A stretch of 64,000 bases of DNA from Octopus bimaculoides (Eukaryota), in contig NC_068986.1 in assembly GCF_001194135.2 (NCBI RefSeq), forward strand, positions 81,789,001 to 81,853,000, given 5' to 3'. Below the pieces are notes generated by a model. The model worked only from the letters and a program-made list of their open reading frames with translations, had not been told where the DNA came from and ran no database searches. Shown here piece after piece: positions 26,400-39,921 of the stretch. Both the position numbers and the translations under genes were made by a program. Position 1 is the first letter of the stretch. Every line of letters begins with the position of its first letter.

Positions 26400-26720
26400 T
26401 ACTGGAACAGCAGATCCATATTTGTGTTACTTGTAAAAGTTGAAATTTACATCAAACTGCATAATATTTGCTGTACATCTTCATTCCTTACAACCATCAC
26501 TTCAGCTACTCTCACCTCCATTATTAACTCCACTATTAACTCCACCACCATCACTTCCATCCATAAAACCACTTCAATCAACCCTCTATACACCACTATT
26601 TTGATGAACACCATCACCACTACCCTCAACATTGCTACCACCAGCACCACCAACATTGCCACCTGTGCCACTGTCACTCACCACCACCACCACAACTACC
26701 ATCACTGTCACATGAGAAGT
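26400..26720. repeat. ACC/ACT-rich low-complexity tract
   Basis: Degenerate (ACC)n/(CAT)n; similar tracts at 3330-3500, 52990-53310 and 60770-60850. Confidence 0.8.
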
Positions 26721-27213
26721 GGCTATGAGGGATCAACAGAAATTACAAGGGGCAACATATGTAATATCTTTAGGGGTGTTTTGCTGTATGTTGTTCACAA
26801 GGAATGTGTCATATATGATTGTTTTCTTGGATTATATCTGGGTGCTGTTGAGCAAAACTAGGTTGCTATGTCTCCTTTGGACAATGTTATTTGAGCAATC
26901 TATATATGTCATGAGACACCCAAGTTTCATAAGTAGAAGGTTAGCAAAATGTCTGAGGGTGGTGTTGTATGTTTAAGGGGGTGTGCTGTTATTCAGTCTC
27001 AGGTCAGCTGTGAGTGAACAGAGCTAAGGAATGCGTTTTATTAAAAGTAACAATGCGAAGACCATTGACAAATAGAAGAGAATTCAATATGTGTAACCAA
27101 ATGTTAAAGCACACCAATGTAAGTAGAATATGAGACAGAAAAAGCTTTTATGATGTATTGGCAACTTAACTAAAGGGGAAAATGTGATGGCAACATCAGT
27201 AACACTGTGTAAT

Positions 27214-27400
27214 TGTTTAGCTTTTAAACCAACCATATCCCGCCTGAATGTTCTACCTGTTTTATGTTCAGACCAGCCAGATCTGACTTCTCATACCTTA
27301 CCCTACTATATCATTCTAAAAATACTTAATCACATCATCAAAACCTCAGAGTTTCAAGATAATGAATGATAAATTGAAAACAATATGAATGAATAAGTAC
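27214..27400 (-). mobile_element. MITE fragment, same family as 39693-39921, inverted
   Basis: tttaaaccaaccatatc...ttatgttcagaccagccagatctg...aatcacatcatcaaaacctcag aligns to the reverse complement of 39780-39915. Confidence 0.75.
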
Positions 27401-27519
27401 TGAAGGCTGATCTCAAAACGTTGAGCCTTACAAAGGGGATGACTGAGGACCAAGATATGTGGTGCATTGTTGTACTCAAGAAGACCTGCCCACCACTCAG
27501 AATTGAGATCCTAAAATCA

Positions 27520-27765
27520 AGGTGCCACATGAAAAGCATTGGTGTGGTACTGATGCCATGTAAAAAGCATCGGTGATGGTGTCACGTAAAAAGCACCCAG
27601 TAAAGTGGTTGGCATTAGGAAGGGCTTCCAGCTGTAGAAGCCAAGCCAAAACAGACAATGGAACTTGGTGCAGCCTCTGGCCTTGCCAGTTCCTGTCAGA
27701 TAACCCAACCCATGGCAGCATGGAAAATGGATGTTGAATGTTGGTGATGACGATAATGATGACAT
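27520..27765 (+). mobile_element. RTE-derived short element
   Basis: aaaagcacccag...gtggttggcattaggaagggc.tccagctgtagaa...catggcagcatggaaaatgg, ending in GAT-like repeats. Confidence 0.8.
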
Positions 27766-29837
27766 TTGACTGAATAATCTGAATGTTTAAGGGTTATGGT
27801 TAGGGGTTGGCAACATCAACAGTCTTGCCTTTACTGAGGTTCTCACTCTTTAGAGTTACTGGTGTGTGTGTATGTGTGTGTGTGAAAATCAGATGTTGAT
27901 AGATGTATGATTTAAATAAAAATGAGCTTGGAGAAATAACTCTGTGTAGCCAGCACCATGAATTTAAATCACAGATAAATAAATATGGTATTTGATATTC
28001 TGTACATTATAAATCCTTGATTTATTAAAGTTATCTCTGCCTCTAGAGGATGAATCCTAATTATCAAACAGCAATTAAGACCTGCTCCACTTCAGATGGG
28101 GAAATAATCTCAAGAGTCAAGAATTCCCCCGCCCCCAAGTTGATATGCCATTAAGGAAATGGACAGGTTAATTGTTTGGAGATAAGAGGACAGTCATAAA
28201 CATGTGTATCTGGTTCAAAATTAGTTGCCACTAAGAATAACGAGAAGCTGAAGATGATTAACCAAAGGGTTATTAGATACCTTGGCAAGATATTTTTAAA
28301 GTCTTATCAGAAACGCAAGGAGTAAGAAACCAATGTGACATGAGTTGTTAGGGTTGGCATCTTGATCGGAATGTTTGCAATAATCTTTGGACCAGATCTG
28401 TTACTACAGCAGTGGCTACTGTTGATTGACCTCAGGTCAGTTTTAAATGAGCTGACTTCTCACATGTGGCCCACTCATCTTTTAAGGGATGTCTAAGGCT
28501 ACATTAATACGTTTTCCCCTTTTTACAATGGTGGGGGTGGGGGTGTAATTTGGGTGAGATGTAACTACTATTTCTAACATAACAAGAAATTTAGAACATA
28601 AGATATATGGTGTTATATCTCCTTCTAGCTTGATGTAAATGTTTTAGAATGGCATTATTTAGTTGTGAAGAAATCTACTTTGTTATCTTGAAGACATATT
28701 TGTCTTCCCCAATTGCAGAAATAAGAGGATTCTTATTTCAATATTCTGTCATTGTTTATTCTGCAATATATAAATATATGTGCTTTATTATAACGACAGA
28801 GTAATTTCTACTGAATCTGTAAAAATGTTCAAGTTTGTTTTGCTAATGTTTAATTTATTGTTGTAAGCCAATGTTTCATTTATCTATTGTAAATTAAAGC
28901 TTTACTATTCTGTAAACATAGTTGTGTGTGTGAGAGAGAGGGGGTGGGAGTAGAATGAGACAAACAAAGAGAGAAAGAGAAGGATTGTGTTATGTGATTG
29001 CAAGTTATGTATGGATCTGATTTCTTGTGGTTTACCTTTAGATCAGTATTGACCCAGCAGATCTATGGCTGAAGGCGTTCCAGTTTTCAGACATACTGTA
29101 GTTAGGAGTTATCTGCTGACATAGGTTGGTCAGGCACTAAAGCCTGATTCAGTCTTATTCATTCAGTGCTCTTGGAAATGGGTCAAAGGCCATACCTTGT
29201 TCATACATTCCATTCTTGGTTTGATTTCTATGGCTGGATGCCTTTCCTGACATCAACTACATCACAGAGTGTATTGGGTGTATTTTGACAGGTTACTAAC
29301 ACTTGTGAGGTTATTTTGTTACTGGCAAGACTATACAGAGTATTCGTGTCTCATTCATTAGCCAACCACTTTACAGAATGCACTGGTCTTTACATAGACC
29401 TAGTCCAACAGTAGAGGGCTTCTCTGGTACCCTGAAAAGTTAAATTTTCCATTGTCATTTTTTTGAAGATGGCAGTGTTTGATTTGAGGGAGATTAGACT
29501 GCTATGTCTAGGAATTGGCTTGAATTGTTGATGTTACTTAACCCCTAGTCAACCTTGATTAAATAAATCTGTGATCAAAATTCCAATTGTGACCATCCCA
29601 TCTTTATGTCAAGGAGTGTATTGTACTTTAGAACCTTCTTTCAGTAATGTGGGAGAGAGTGCTTTGAAGATGACATGACTGCTATTACTAGGAAGTCTAG
29701 CAACCATAGAGACTCTCATATATCAGTGAAGTGTTAGTGACCATCTAGGTAAATTTGTCATGGCTTAGCATTCAGCATTGTTTATAACCTAACGTTAACA
29801 TTATAACCACAGTTATATGACAAACATATTGTTGTCA

Positions 29838-30060
29838 CCATCATCATTTTAATGCTCTTTTCTCCATGCTTGTATGGGTCAAATGGAATTTGTTGAGGCA
29901 GATTTTCTATGGCTGGATGTCTTTCCTGTTGTCAGCCCTCACCTATTTTCAAGGTGATTTTTTTCCCATGGCCAGTCATACTTTCATGGAAAGTTGGAAA
30001 TGAAGAACATGATGGTTATGCTTTTTCGCAACTGTCATGAGTTGTCAAGACAAGGAGACA
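29838..30060 (-). mobile_element. RTE-type tail element
   Basis: catcatcattttaatgctcttttctccatgcttgtatgggtcaaatggaatttgttgaggcagattttctatggctggatg. Confidence 0.75.
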
Positions 30061-30312
30061 CAATATTCTCAGAATATTGCCTCAACTCACTCATTTAACC
30101 TACTAGAAATAGCAGGTTAAATGACTAAGAAGACAATATTCTGAGAATATATATATAATCTAGGGGATGGAGAATATTTAAAAAATGTTCAATGGATATT
30201 TAATGGCAATATAATAATTAATAGGATAACAAACATACATGTTAACATAACAGGTTCTGTGTGTATTAAGCCAGCTAATGAATATTTGATGCACTGTCTT
30301 ATGACAGATGAA

Positions 30313-30355
<43 letters not shown>

Positions 30356-31034
30356 GCCACCACTGCTATCATCCTCATCAAGAGTTGCAAAGATAATGGA
30401 GAATGTAAAGTTTACATAGTATTACCATTTCACAACTATAATTAAAACAAATAAATAATAATAATGATAAGAGAAACAAGCATAAAATTTATATTCATGT
30501 CAAAAATGTTCTAAACCCTAAAACTATTCTGAAAAAAACTTGCATTTTGCTGTGATGTTTTTTTTTTGTGTTGGTTTTTTTTTGTTTTTTTTTTGTCAAT
30601 TTACAGAGTTGCAGGATTTTGTGAGAATAACTTTTTTTTCTGACTTATCTTGAAATTTATTGTAGATTTAATAGTCAGCATTTAACTTGCATCAATTGAT
30701 TACATTTAAAAGCTGTGTAACAGTATACCTTGAGGTATGTTTGAACAGATAGAGAGTATTCTTACGAGATGATGTGTGTATAAAGGCATAAAAGGACTGC
30801 AGCCATGTAATTGTGTGTTTGTACAAACAAAATAAACAAATTATAGTGTATAAGAAGAAAATTGGTGTGTGTTTAAAAGGGACAGAACAAACAGGTTGTT
30901 TGTGGTAGCCAAAATAGACAGCCCATACAAATATCTATAGATTGATTTCTTCTCTTTATTTTAAAAGAAACTGATTGGTAAAGAGTAGCAGTCAGGATAG
31001 CACTCTTCTTTACATGCTGTTGATGAAGACAGAA

Positions 31035-31495
31035 CACACTGGCTTAATGTAGTGTGTAGGCATAGAAAACATTAGATTAATATTGTATGTATACATAAAA
31101 ACACTAGCTAAATGTAGTGTGTAAATGTAGAATACATTAGCTTAATGTGTAGACATACAGCACTCTAGCTTAATGTAGTTTGTTGATATAAGATAAATTA
31201 GTTTAAAGTAGTATGTAGACATAGTACACACCAGTTTAATGTAAGAGTGTTGACATACAACATCATCATCATATGTCCATTTTCCATGCGAGCATGAGTT
31301 GGACGGTTTGATAGGGGCTGGCTAGGCAGAAGACTGCACCAGGTTTCGCTGTTTGTTTTGGCATAGTTTTTATGGCTGGATGCCCATCCTAATACCAACC
31401 ACCTCACAGAGTGGACTCCACCTAGACCGCACTAGCTTAATGTAGTGTGTTCGCATACAACACACTAGCTTGATACAATGTGTGGACATATAAGC
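31035..31495. repeat. Degenerate ~32-bp minisatellite interrupted by an RTE-tail insertion (31258-31415, minus strand)
   Basis: Repeated cactagcttaatgtagtgtgt units occur on both sides of catcatcatcatatgtccatttccatgcgagc. Confidence 0.8.
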
Positions 31496-31677
31496 ATTTT
31501 CAGTGATTTTAGTTGCACTTAAACTGCTGTTGCTATGTGTCTATTAACATTAATCTCTCATGTATGTAGCATATAGTGATAGATATACAGCAACAGGACA
31601 AAGTACTATAGTTTTAGACATAGCAACAGGGATCAATAACTTCAGAGACAACAAATCTCTGTAGTAATGTGTCTTAA

Positions 31678-31899
31678 CCCTTTTGTTAACATATTTCTGT
31701 TGAGATGCTCTGTGTTTCTTTCAATTATTTTTAAATATAGCAAAGAATTTAGTAAAATAACTTAGTTATCATTAAGCTAGTGTTAGGAACATAAAATGTG
31801 ATTTAGGTTTGGTGGAAGATTTTAATTCAGAACTTTTGAAAACAAGACATTTGTACTACAAAGCTAGAGGAGGTTTCAGCTGGGTTGGTAGCGAAAGGG
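31678..31899. mobile_element. TTAA-flanked MITE, second family
   Basis: TTAA|cccttttgttaac ... ggtagcgaaaggg|TTAA. Confidence 0.8.
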
Positions 31900-32259
31900 T
31901 TAAGCCAGAAATCCCTATTGCTACAGAACTAAAACTGTGTTGCTCTCTTCTGTTGCTATGTGTCCAAAGCTATAAGGTCTTGTTACCCCATATCCCAAAG
32001 CATAGATCCCATGGTATTGAGCCCTGTTACCCTGTATCTTGAGGTATAGGGCCTCATTGTTATATGTTCAAAGCTTTATAGCTTATGTGTGTATGGCTAT
32101 ATACCCACGTCACCTTAAAATCGATGAAAGTGTATATCTAGGTGTGCTTTATGTACTATATAGGCAAATTAACTAGTTATACTATATGGATTTAGAATGT
32201 TCAATCTAATAAATATTCCATCTATTCTATTCTCTATTAATCTGTTCTTTCTATTTCAG

Positions 32260-32351
32260 GTAGTACCAAAAGATTACAAGACAATGGCAGCCCTTTCTAA
32301 AGCTATTGCAAAAAATGTATTATTCTCTCACCTTGATGATAATGAACGAAG
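32260..32351 (+). CDS. Pka-R1: PKA RI exon B (92 nt), phase 0-2
   Basis: ctatttcag|GTA...AG|gtaggt. Translates [30 protein letters not shown](S), nearly identical to vertebrate RI ([30 protein letters not shown]). Confidence 0.98.
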
Positions 32352-32611
32352 GTAGGTACCTTATATTTTACACTTTCTTTACAAGAATTCCAGTTTTTTT
32401 CACCAAATTACTTCAAGTTAATCCCTTGCAAACAGCTTTAAAAAAAATAAAAAAGCTTATCTTGAGTGTGATAGTGCCCCAGATTATTTCACATTTTGTT
32501 TGCATATCTGGGGTTTTAAAGCAAATTCTGAATAAGCATGGGGAAAGAATACATCCCTGACAAACTCCTTTCTCATTTTTGTACTTTTTGTACTTTTCAC
32601 AAGGTTTTGGT

Positions 32612-32777
32612 CAGCATGACTCTGTGGTAAGACATTTGCTTCCCAACATGGTTCCAAGTTCAGTTCCATTATGTGGCACCTTGGGCAAATGTCCTCCACT
32701 ATATCCTCAGGCCCTCAGGCTGACCAAAACCTTGTGAGTGGATTTTGTAGACAGAAACTGAAAGAAACAGGTGTGTT

Positions 32778-32816
<39 letters not shown>

Positions 32817-33045
32817 ACTTGACATTGTGTAATAGTTATAAATGAATGTCACTATCTTACAAGCAGTGTCCTTCATTTCCAATATTCTGTGGGAACATGT
32901 TTGGCTATGAGGAAAGATTCTCTTATTTGGAAATAAGTGAAAGTTGGCAACAAGAAGGGCATCTGCTTATAGAAAATTTGCCTCAGATGAATTCTGTCTG
33001 ACCTATGCAAGCATGAAAAACTGGACATTAAATGATGATGATGAT
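32612..33045 (+). mobile_element. SINE family 1 plus (GT)n plus RTE-type tail, 260 nt downstream of exon B
   Basis: cagcatgactctgtggtaag...ggttccaagttcagttcc...; tail ends gcaagcatgaaaaactggacattaaatgatgatgatgat. Confidence 0.85.
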
Positions 33046-34938
33046 ACTTGTTACAATATCTATTTAAAGATGGTGTAAGTTAGGGTAGTAAAAATAGAAG
33101 ATAGAATAAGTTAAAACAGTCCAATAAAACTTTACTGTTTATGGTTAATGTAATACTTGCTTTATGTTACTTGTTCACTATAAAGCAGATCAATATGTTT
33201 CACTATTTCACATCTGTCTTTATTTTATGATTGACACAATTCTGTATGGTGTTCTTTTATTCTCTTTCACTATTTTGTTAGTCTTTACTAGATTAATGTA
33301 AGAATCAGCGTGGTATTCCTAAGCCAACTAGTTGTCTGCAAACTAGAGGAAATAGTGTGATATCATTTTTCCTGATACAGCATTAGAAATTAAAATAAAA
33401 TCCTCTCTCATATTTAAGAAATATGTGCTATTTATGATTTATCATATAATTTTCAAATTGGAGCGATTTTAGTAAAATAACTTTTTCCTTATTCTAAGAT
33501 GGTGTTTGGAAGATTAAAAAATTTAAGTTCATTTTATTAACTTAAAATTATGATGGAAGATCCTAATTTAAAACTAAACACTTTTGAATTAGAAATTTAG
33601 TGTCATGCTTGATATCAAAGGATTTTAAAATCTTAGCTTGTGTTTGAATCAGTCATCTAATATTTTCTTTATCATCTCATCATGTAATATTTATCAAAAA
33701 AAACAAAAAATTCTGAAGTAAATCTTTATGACTGCGAAATTTAATCTGTTAGTTTAATAGAATATAAGCTACACCATGTGAACAATCTCACTATCATTGT
33801 TCTCTTCTATTCAGAGTTACATTAGATGGCATGACCAACTATTTTTGTTACTCCTAGTTTGCTATTCAAGCTCATAGGAGCTGTTTATTTGACCTCAATA
33901 TTTTCTTCACTTGTTCAATCAATAATTCTTCACTGAATATCTCTCACAAAACAAAATTGGATTGCATTAAGCCAAAAATCAAGTAAACAAAAAGAAGTAT
34001 TTCTTGTCTGATTTATATTTATTTTTAATTCAGTGTATGGAATTTCTTATTCTTTATCTAATCAAGGACATATCTATTCTTAATCTCATCAGCTTTTGAA
34101 GATATTTTATATTGAATCAGCTCTCTTATTTCATTCCTTATATGGATTCATTTGAAATTATGATGCTGTAAAAATCAGAATGATAACATGTCCAATATAG
34201 AAGATGACATTTTCCTGATAGAAAGTATTGAGAAAAAAAAGGGGAAAAAAAAAAAAAAACTCATTTGATAAAGACAGGCTGTAAGTTTTCACAGATGGTA
34301 AAATACCAAATTAAATGCTTCACAGTTTTATCTTTTACCATTTTACATTCTCAGTTCAAATGTTGCCATATTCAGCTTTGCTTTTCATCATTAATATTTA
34401 TAAACTAGGTACCAGTCACATGCTGGGATTGATTCAATCAACTTCACCACTTTCCTAGAAAAATCAGTTTATTTAGACGGAATCCTTGATATGTAGCATC
34501 TTTCTGGTTTCTGCCTTTGGGCTGTGGCCATTCAGTAGCACCATCTTCAAAGCTGTAATTAATTTTATTAACTACAGTATTTTTTCTGATCCTTATTTTA
34601 TTGACTATAGAAGGAAGAAAAATGGCCTTGACTCTGCATGGAATTTGCACACAGAACAGATCGTTATGTGACAATATATTTTTCTTATTCTACAAATTAT
34701 GGCAATCCATCGTGAATTCAAATTCTGCTGCTACTGCTGTTACTTTGTTCCTCTTAATACAGAATTCTGCTGGCATTGGCTTCTGTAGTTAACAACATCA
34801 CTCAAATTTAAAAGCACTACTTCAACACATCAGTATTTACCCACAAAATATCTAAATTAAATTAACAGGGAGAGATGTCAGATAGTTTGAGACTCCCTAA
34901 ATACTCTATATTTCTAAGATGAGGTATTTTTGTTATGC

Positions 34939-35252
34939 ATACTGTTTATATTAGTTGGACTGGTGTCCATATCTTGATTGTTGCTTCCACTATGTTTCAG
35001 CTGTTTATGCTTCAGCCTTTTTCAAGTGTCTTGTGTTGAACTCAGTTGTTGTATTGGAATTTCAAACCTAACCCTTTATTTGACCCATGGGAGTACACTG
35101 TTCTTGTTCCACTCTCTGCATTTCATAACACTCCAATACAACAACCGAGTTCAACACAAGACACTTAAAGAAGGCTGGAGCATAAAAACGGCCAAAATAA
35201 AGTGAAAGCAGCAATCAAGATAGGACATCAGTGCGACTAATATAAACAGTAT
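34939..35252. repeat. Long imperfect inverted repeat (arms ~120 bp, loop 73 nt), possibly paired Penelope-like terminal repeats
   Basis: 34939-35058 aligns with the reverse complement of 35132-35252 at roughly 85% (by eye), e.g. aagtgtcttgtgttgaactc versus gagttcaacacaagacactt. Confidence 0.9.
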
Positions 35253-36924
35253 ACTTTTTATCTAGATGCTGCCATTCACTATCCTTTAGCATCACTAAAA
35301 CACTATATCAGTATTGGGTTTTCCCTTTATAGTTCAAAGAAGGCAGAGAGTATCCTTACAGATTCTCTCAGTCTTTGTGAGGCTAATTTAATTAGAGGTG
35401 AATTGCTCGTGGAAAATTTGTGTGAGGAAGTTCCCAATGAATACAGTTGTGGGGAAGAAGGTGTGAACAAAGTGACACATTTTGGATCTGAGGAGGTGAG
35501 AAATAAATTGTGGCAATGATTAGAAAAAGTAGGCAGTGATATATATAAAAGAGATGTTGTTGAGTCATATTGCATAATAATTATATAACATAACTCTTCA
35601 GAGGTTTTAATCATTTACTACAGCCAAACATATGTCCAGCTACTTTCTTACCAGAATCTCAATACTTTGACAACTGTTTTGATATCAGTTGAGTTGGTAT
35701 ATTGGCAATCCATGTATTAGTGGTTGATAAGAGAGGTTAGGGGTTTGGTCACAAAACCTCAGTGAGTTAGTGCGTGACTACCATGAGACGGTCAACTCTA
35801 GCAGATTGAGTGGGCAAGAACAATAGTCCAGCAGTCACAAAAATGAGATTTTAACAAGCCTTTGTAGAGCTTAGTATGCAATATGACAGTGTAGAAGTTC
35901 TGGTCATCCACTGTATCCAGACCTACCTACAACCATTTTACCTCTGCAATGAGGCAAAGCTTTAAAAGAGAGACAGGTAGCAAGAGAGTGAGGTTGATGT
36001 TAAACCACTGCAAGTCATTATATGATGTTGTGGTCATCATCTAATAGATGGATGAAGAATTATAGTGACTAGATGTTATGTTCCATGCTGCACATTGTAA
36101 AAGTAAAATATCTATAAAACCTGCCATTGAAAAACATAAATCCACATTTTCAGTCATTATTCCACTGTCATGATTAGAACTATGGGTTGGCTCTGGGTTA
36201 GTTCTAATAAAGCAGATCTGTGGCCAAAGGTGTACCAACTGTGACCATCATTTCTTTTTGTAGATCTAGGACTTCACTGTCCAATAATCCTTACATTTAT
36301 TTGGAATGTTAGGGCTGTTGTTTCTAGCAGGTTGAGCAACTATGCCAATTTCCTTTATGGGTCTATCAAGGTTATAATAGTCATAGCAACATGTAGTGGT
36401 TGACAAAGAAATTGGGCCTTAGTCCACCATAAATCTCTTTGGTGTGTAATCTGTTCTTGAGAACATTGTAACACAAGACTATGATGGGTTAATCAGTGAA
36501 CAGGAACAATCAGCTGTGAGTAAAGGAGTTCTTTACCAATTAATCTAATGTTGAGTGATTGATAGAGAGCCAACCATAGCATTTTAGGTCTCTCAACGTT
36601 TTCTTTATTTAACCTCACTATGACATAATCAAGGAAAAGTGTTATTTTCACGCACTTAAGTGTTGGTTTGTCTCAGATTACCAAACAGATATGATGTGCA
36701 AAAGATCTAATATTGATTTTTTTTTTTTTTGTAACATTTAATAGTTATTTGGTGATATGGGACTGCAATGGATGACAGATTGATCAAACTCACATCTCTC
36801 TGGATTGATAATTACTGTTATAATTATGTTGTTTGTTTGTTTTGCAATTTGCACTATGCTTTTGTAGATGATATTATTGTGTCTGTGTGTTTGTTAGAGA
36901 GAGAGCTCACAATTATTTCAATAT

Positions 36925-37330
36925 CCGCTTTTCCATGCTTGCATGGTCAGATGGGATTCATTGTTGCAAGTTGTAAGAGGTAGATACCCTTCTGGTCACC
37001 AGTCTTCCTGTTTCCATGTAAGATAATATTTTTCTTGAGTCTGAACAAGTTTTCTTGGAAAATTGGAAACAAAGGACACCACTTGTATGATGATGATGTT
37101 TGTTTACAGCTATCATGTGATGTCAAGACAGGGAATATTAACACATACACACACACACACACACACTTAAAACATGCTTCTTTCAGTTTCCCTCTACCAA
37201 ACCTAACTCCAAAGCTTTAGTTGGCCCCAGGCTCCAGTAGATGAAGCTTGCAAAAGGTAGTATGCCCTGGGGTTGAACCTGTAACTATGTGGTTCAAAAG
37301 TTAACTTCTTAACCACACAGCCGCTCCTGT
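36925..37330 (-). mobile_element. RTE-type tail plus SINE family 1
   Basis: ccgcttttccatgcttgcatgg...; cttctttcagtttcc...ggttgaacctg...cttaaccacacagcc. Confidence 0.75.
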
Positions 37331-37547
37331 ACATTTATGTATAATGTGAGTGTGTGTGTATATGAATATTGTATGTAAGTCATATACTATTGAAAGCATG
37401 AGTATTCAAAATTGTATATATGTATATGCATGTAATTACACTGTATCGTATGCGTATCCATGTATATGAGTACATATTGTATTTTATATGTATGTGTGTA
37501 GCTTTATGTTAATGTATTATCATTGCCATAAATATCAATGGGTGTAT

Positions 37548-37790
37548 GTGTGAGAGCACATACGAAATAGAAACTCTCCATGGTGCCATGACAATATAAT
37601 AATCTAAAATATCCAATAATCTTTAGGACTATCTAATTCATTGAAAGGAAGTAAAGTTTAAAGAAAATGAACAGCTTGTACTGTGTAGTAAATTGTGATT
37701 TACAACCAGTTTCTTTGTGACAGACTCCCTGCAGTCATAAGAATAGCCATTATGCTGGATATGACACCATTAATGCATCTTTTGGTCACT
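37548..37790. repeat. Unclassified interspersed repeat, copy 1 (copy 2 at 40003-40215)
   Basis: Shared aaactct..atgg..ccatgacaatat.ataatctaaaatatcca...gaaaggaagtaaagtttaaa...ccagtttctttgtgaca...gaatagccattatg. Confidence 0.8.
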
Positions 37791-38262
37791 CATGAGACAA
37801 TCTCAGCAGAATACTCGCAAATGACAGCTTATGGAATTTTGAGAGAATAGATATGCAAGCATATATGCGAGTGAGTCCGTATATATGTATTTGTGTGTTT
37901 GTATGCGTGTGTATGTAAATGTGTGTATATATATGTGTTAACATGTATGTATGTGTGTGAGATCATGTAAAGATTTTTAGTTAAACTCAGAATTATGGCA
38001 TTTAGTGAATACAAAATATTTATCTTTAAAATGTAATTAATCTGTTGTTTTTTTTTAACATTTTTTATTCTTTAAACGTCGTTTGCATTGATGTTGATGT
38101 TGTTGTTGTTGAAGTTCTCTATTGTTTCCCTGACATTTTAAACACTAAGAATATTCTAAAGCAGGGGAAATAGCAGCAATTTCTATTTGTTATTTAATCA
38201 GTTTTCCTCACAAGAAATGTCTAAGTAATATATTGATCTGTCTTCAACAATCTTTATCTTCC

Positions 38263-38271
<9 letters not shown>

Positions 38272-38321
<50 letters not shown>
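38272..38321. repeat. (ATT)n microsatellite
   Basis: About 16 perfect tta/att units. Confidence 0.95.
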
Positions 38322-39692
38322 TCTCACATTCTTCCTCTGTTACTCTCATCATTTTACACCATCCACTTTATATTCTTCTACCATTGTCTAGAAACTCCTC
38401 TGAAATAATAATATCATCAACCATGAAAAAAAACCATTTCTTTTTGATATTAACTTAAGCTTTTCTTCATTCTTTTTCTTTTCGCGTGTGTGTGAGGGAG
38501 AGAAAGAAAGACAAAGACCCACCAATATTCTTTTGAAACTGTTTCAAGTTTACTAAACTCTGTATTCTAAAAGAGACTGGTAAATATTGGTCCAGAAGTA
38601 TTTATTCACCTTAAATTGTTTAGATTTTCATCAACAATGTCTACATTCATAGAAGATTGTCCCAGTAGCAGCTTATTGAAGAAATCTTAACACTTTAGAT
38701 GTCTTGTGAATATTGCTGCCTGATATACCAACCATCCATCTATGCTGTGCTTTCAGTTAACAATAGAGCTGTTTACTCAACATGAACTGAGGAAGAGGAT
38801 TTTGGTGATGATGATGGTGATGATGATGATGAGGAGGAGGAGGAGGAGGGTAGGCAATAGCAATAATAATAAGACAGCAGCAAGATTAATTAAAGTCTCA
38901 AAATATTTTCTTGGAGAAGTTAATTAAGCTGGAGATAATTGTAGCATGCAGTGTGTTTTTTTTTTTAATGTTTTCACCAAGAGCAAAACTACAAGGAAAT
39001 AGTTAATGAGAAATGTTGAACTTTGAAGTGATTTTAAGGATGTTGGTTTATTTTTTTCCTTAATCTCTCCTAATGAGACTGCAGCAACCAGTTTCTATTA
39101 TAATGCAGTAATTTCTGTGTCAGTATTATTTTCAACACAAACTCGTGAATTACAAACAAATGGTCTTTAATTTTTCATAATTATTTTTCAAGTTTGCAGT
39201 TCTAGAAATTCTTTTTGGAAACAAATTATGCATAACTCTGTTAAACCTCACTGATTATACAGTTTCACTGGATTTTATTATCCTTTTAATTCTAGCAATT
39301 ATTCTTGTTTTATCATGTTCCCTTGTGGCTGTAATGTAACATTATCTGATTCCTACAGTTGGCAGTCAGGCAGAGAAATTAGATATTTAAGTCACACTGC
39401 CAATTGGCTCTTCATTTTTATGCCTCTCATCTTTCATGTAGCCTAAGTCTTCAAATTAATTTCATGTGTTACTTTTTCAAGTGTTTTTTTTATCTATCTG
39501 TCTTTCTATTCAATAGTCTATCTGCATATTTACCTATTCACTCAAAATCTACAGATCTACTTAAGCATTGCAAACCCACACTCTCTATACTGTCCATCTT
39601 TTAGTTTTATAACGCTCTCCACTTATGGCTATGTGGTTAAGAATTTGTTTCATAATCATGTAGTTCTGAGTTAGATCTTATTGAGCTGCACT

Positions 39693-39921
39693 TTAATCCC
39701 TTAGCATTCAAATTATTGTGTCAAATTTAAAGCTTATCTATTTCATATTGTTTTGAACTAATTGTGCATTATCTTATAGTTTTGAGACTTTGATGATGTG
39801 ATTGTTAATTGTTAAAATGACATTCTAGGGTAGACATGAGAGGCTGGATCTGGCCAGTTTGAACATAAAGCAAGGAGAATATATGAGCCAGATATGGCTG
39901 GTTTAAATGCAAAAGAGCTAA
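39693..39921 (+). mobile_element. MITE with degenerate TTAA/CCCT ends
   Basis: ttaatcccttagcattcaaatt ... tttaaatgcaaaagagctaa. Confidence 0.7.

Larger units (their letters stand above)
1356..32259 (+). other. Intron A-B of Pka-R1 (30,904 nt)
   Basis: GT..AG between exons whose translations join as ...YVKK|VVPKDYK... Confidence 0.9.

Noticed and set aside
25941-26861. 306-aa ORF, the longest in the track
   Set aside because: Built from (GT)n, (CA)n and (ACC)n low-complexity sequence; no domain or splice support.
32257-32265. Exons B and D start with GT right after AG (recursive-splice-like)
   Set aside because: The GT is required by the conserved Val and Gly codons, and GTAGTA/GTGATG are weak donors.
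35640-36600. Repeat-free stretch that might be another old LINE remnant
   Set aside because: I could not recover convincing RT or endonuclease motifs by eye.
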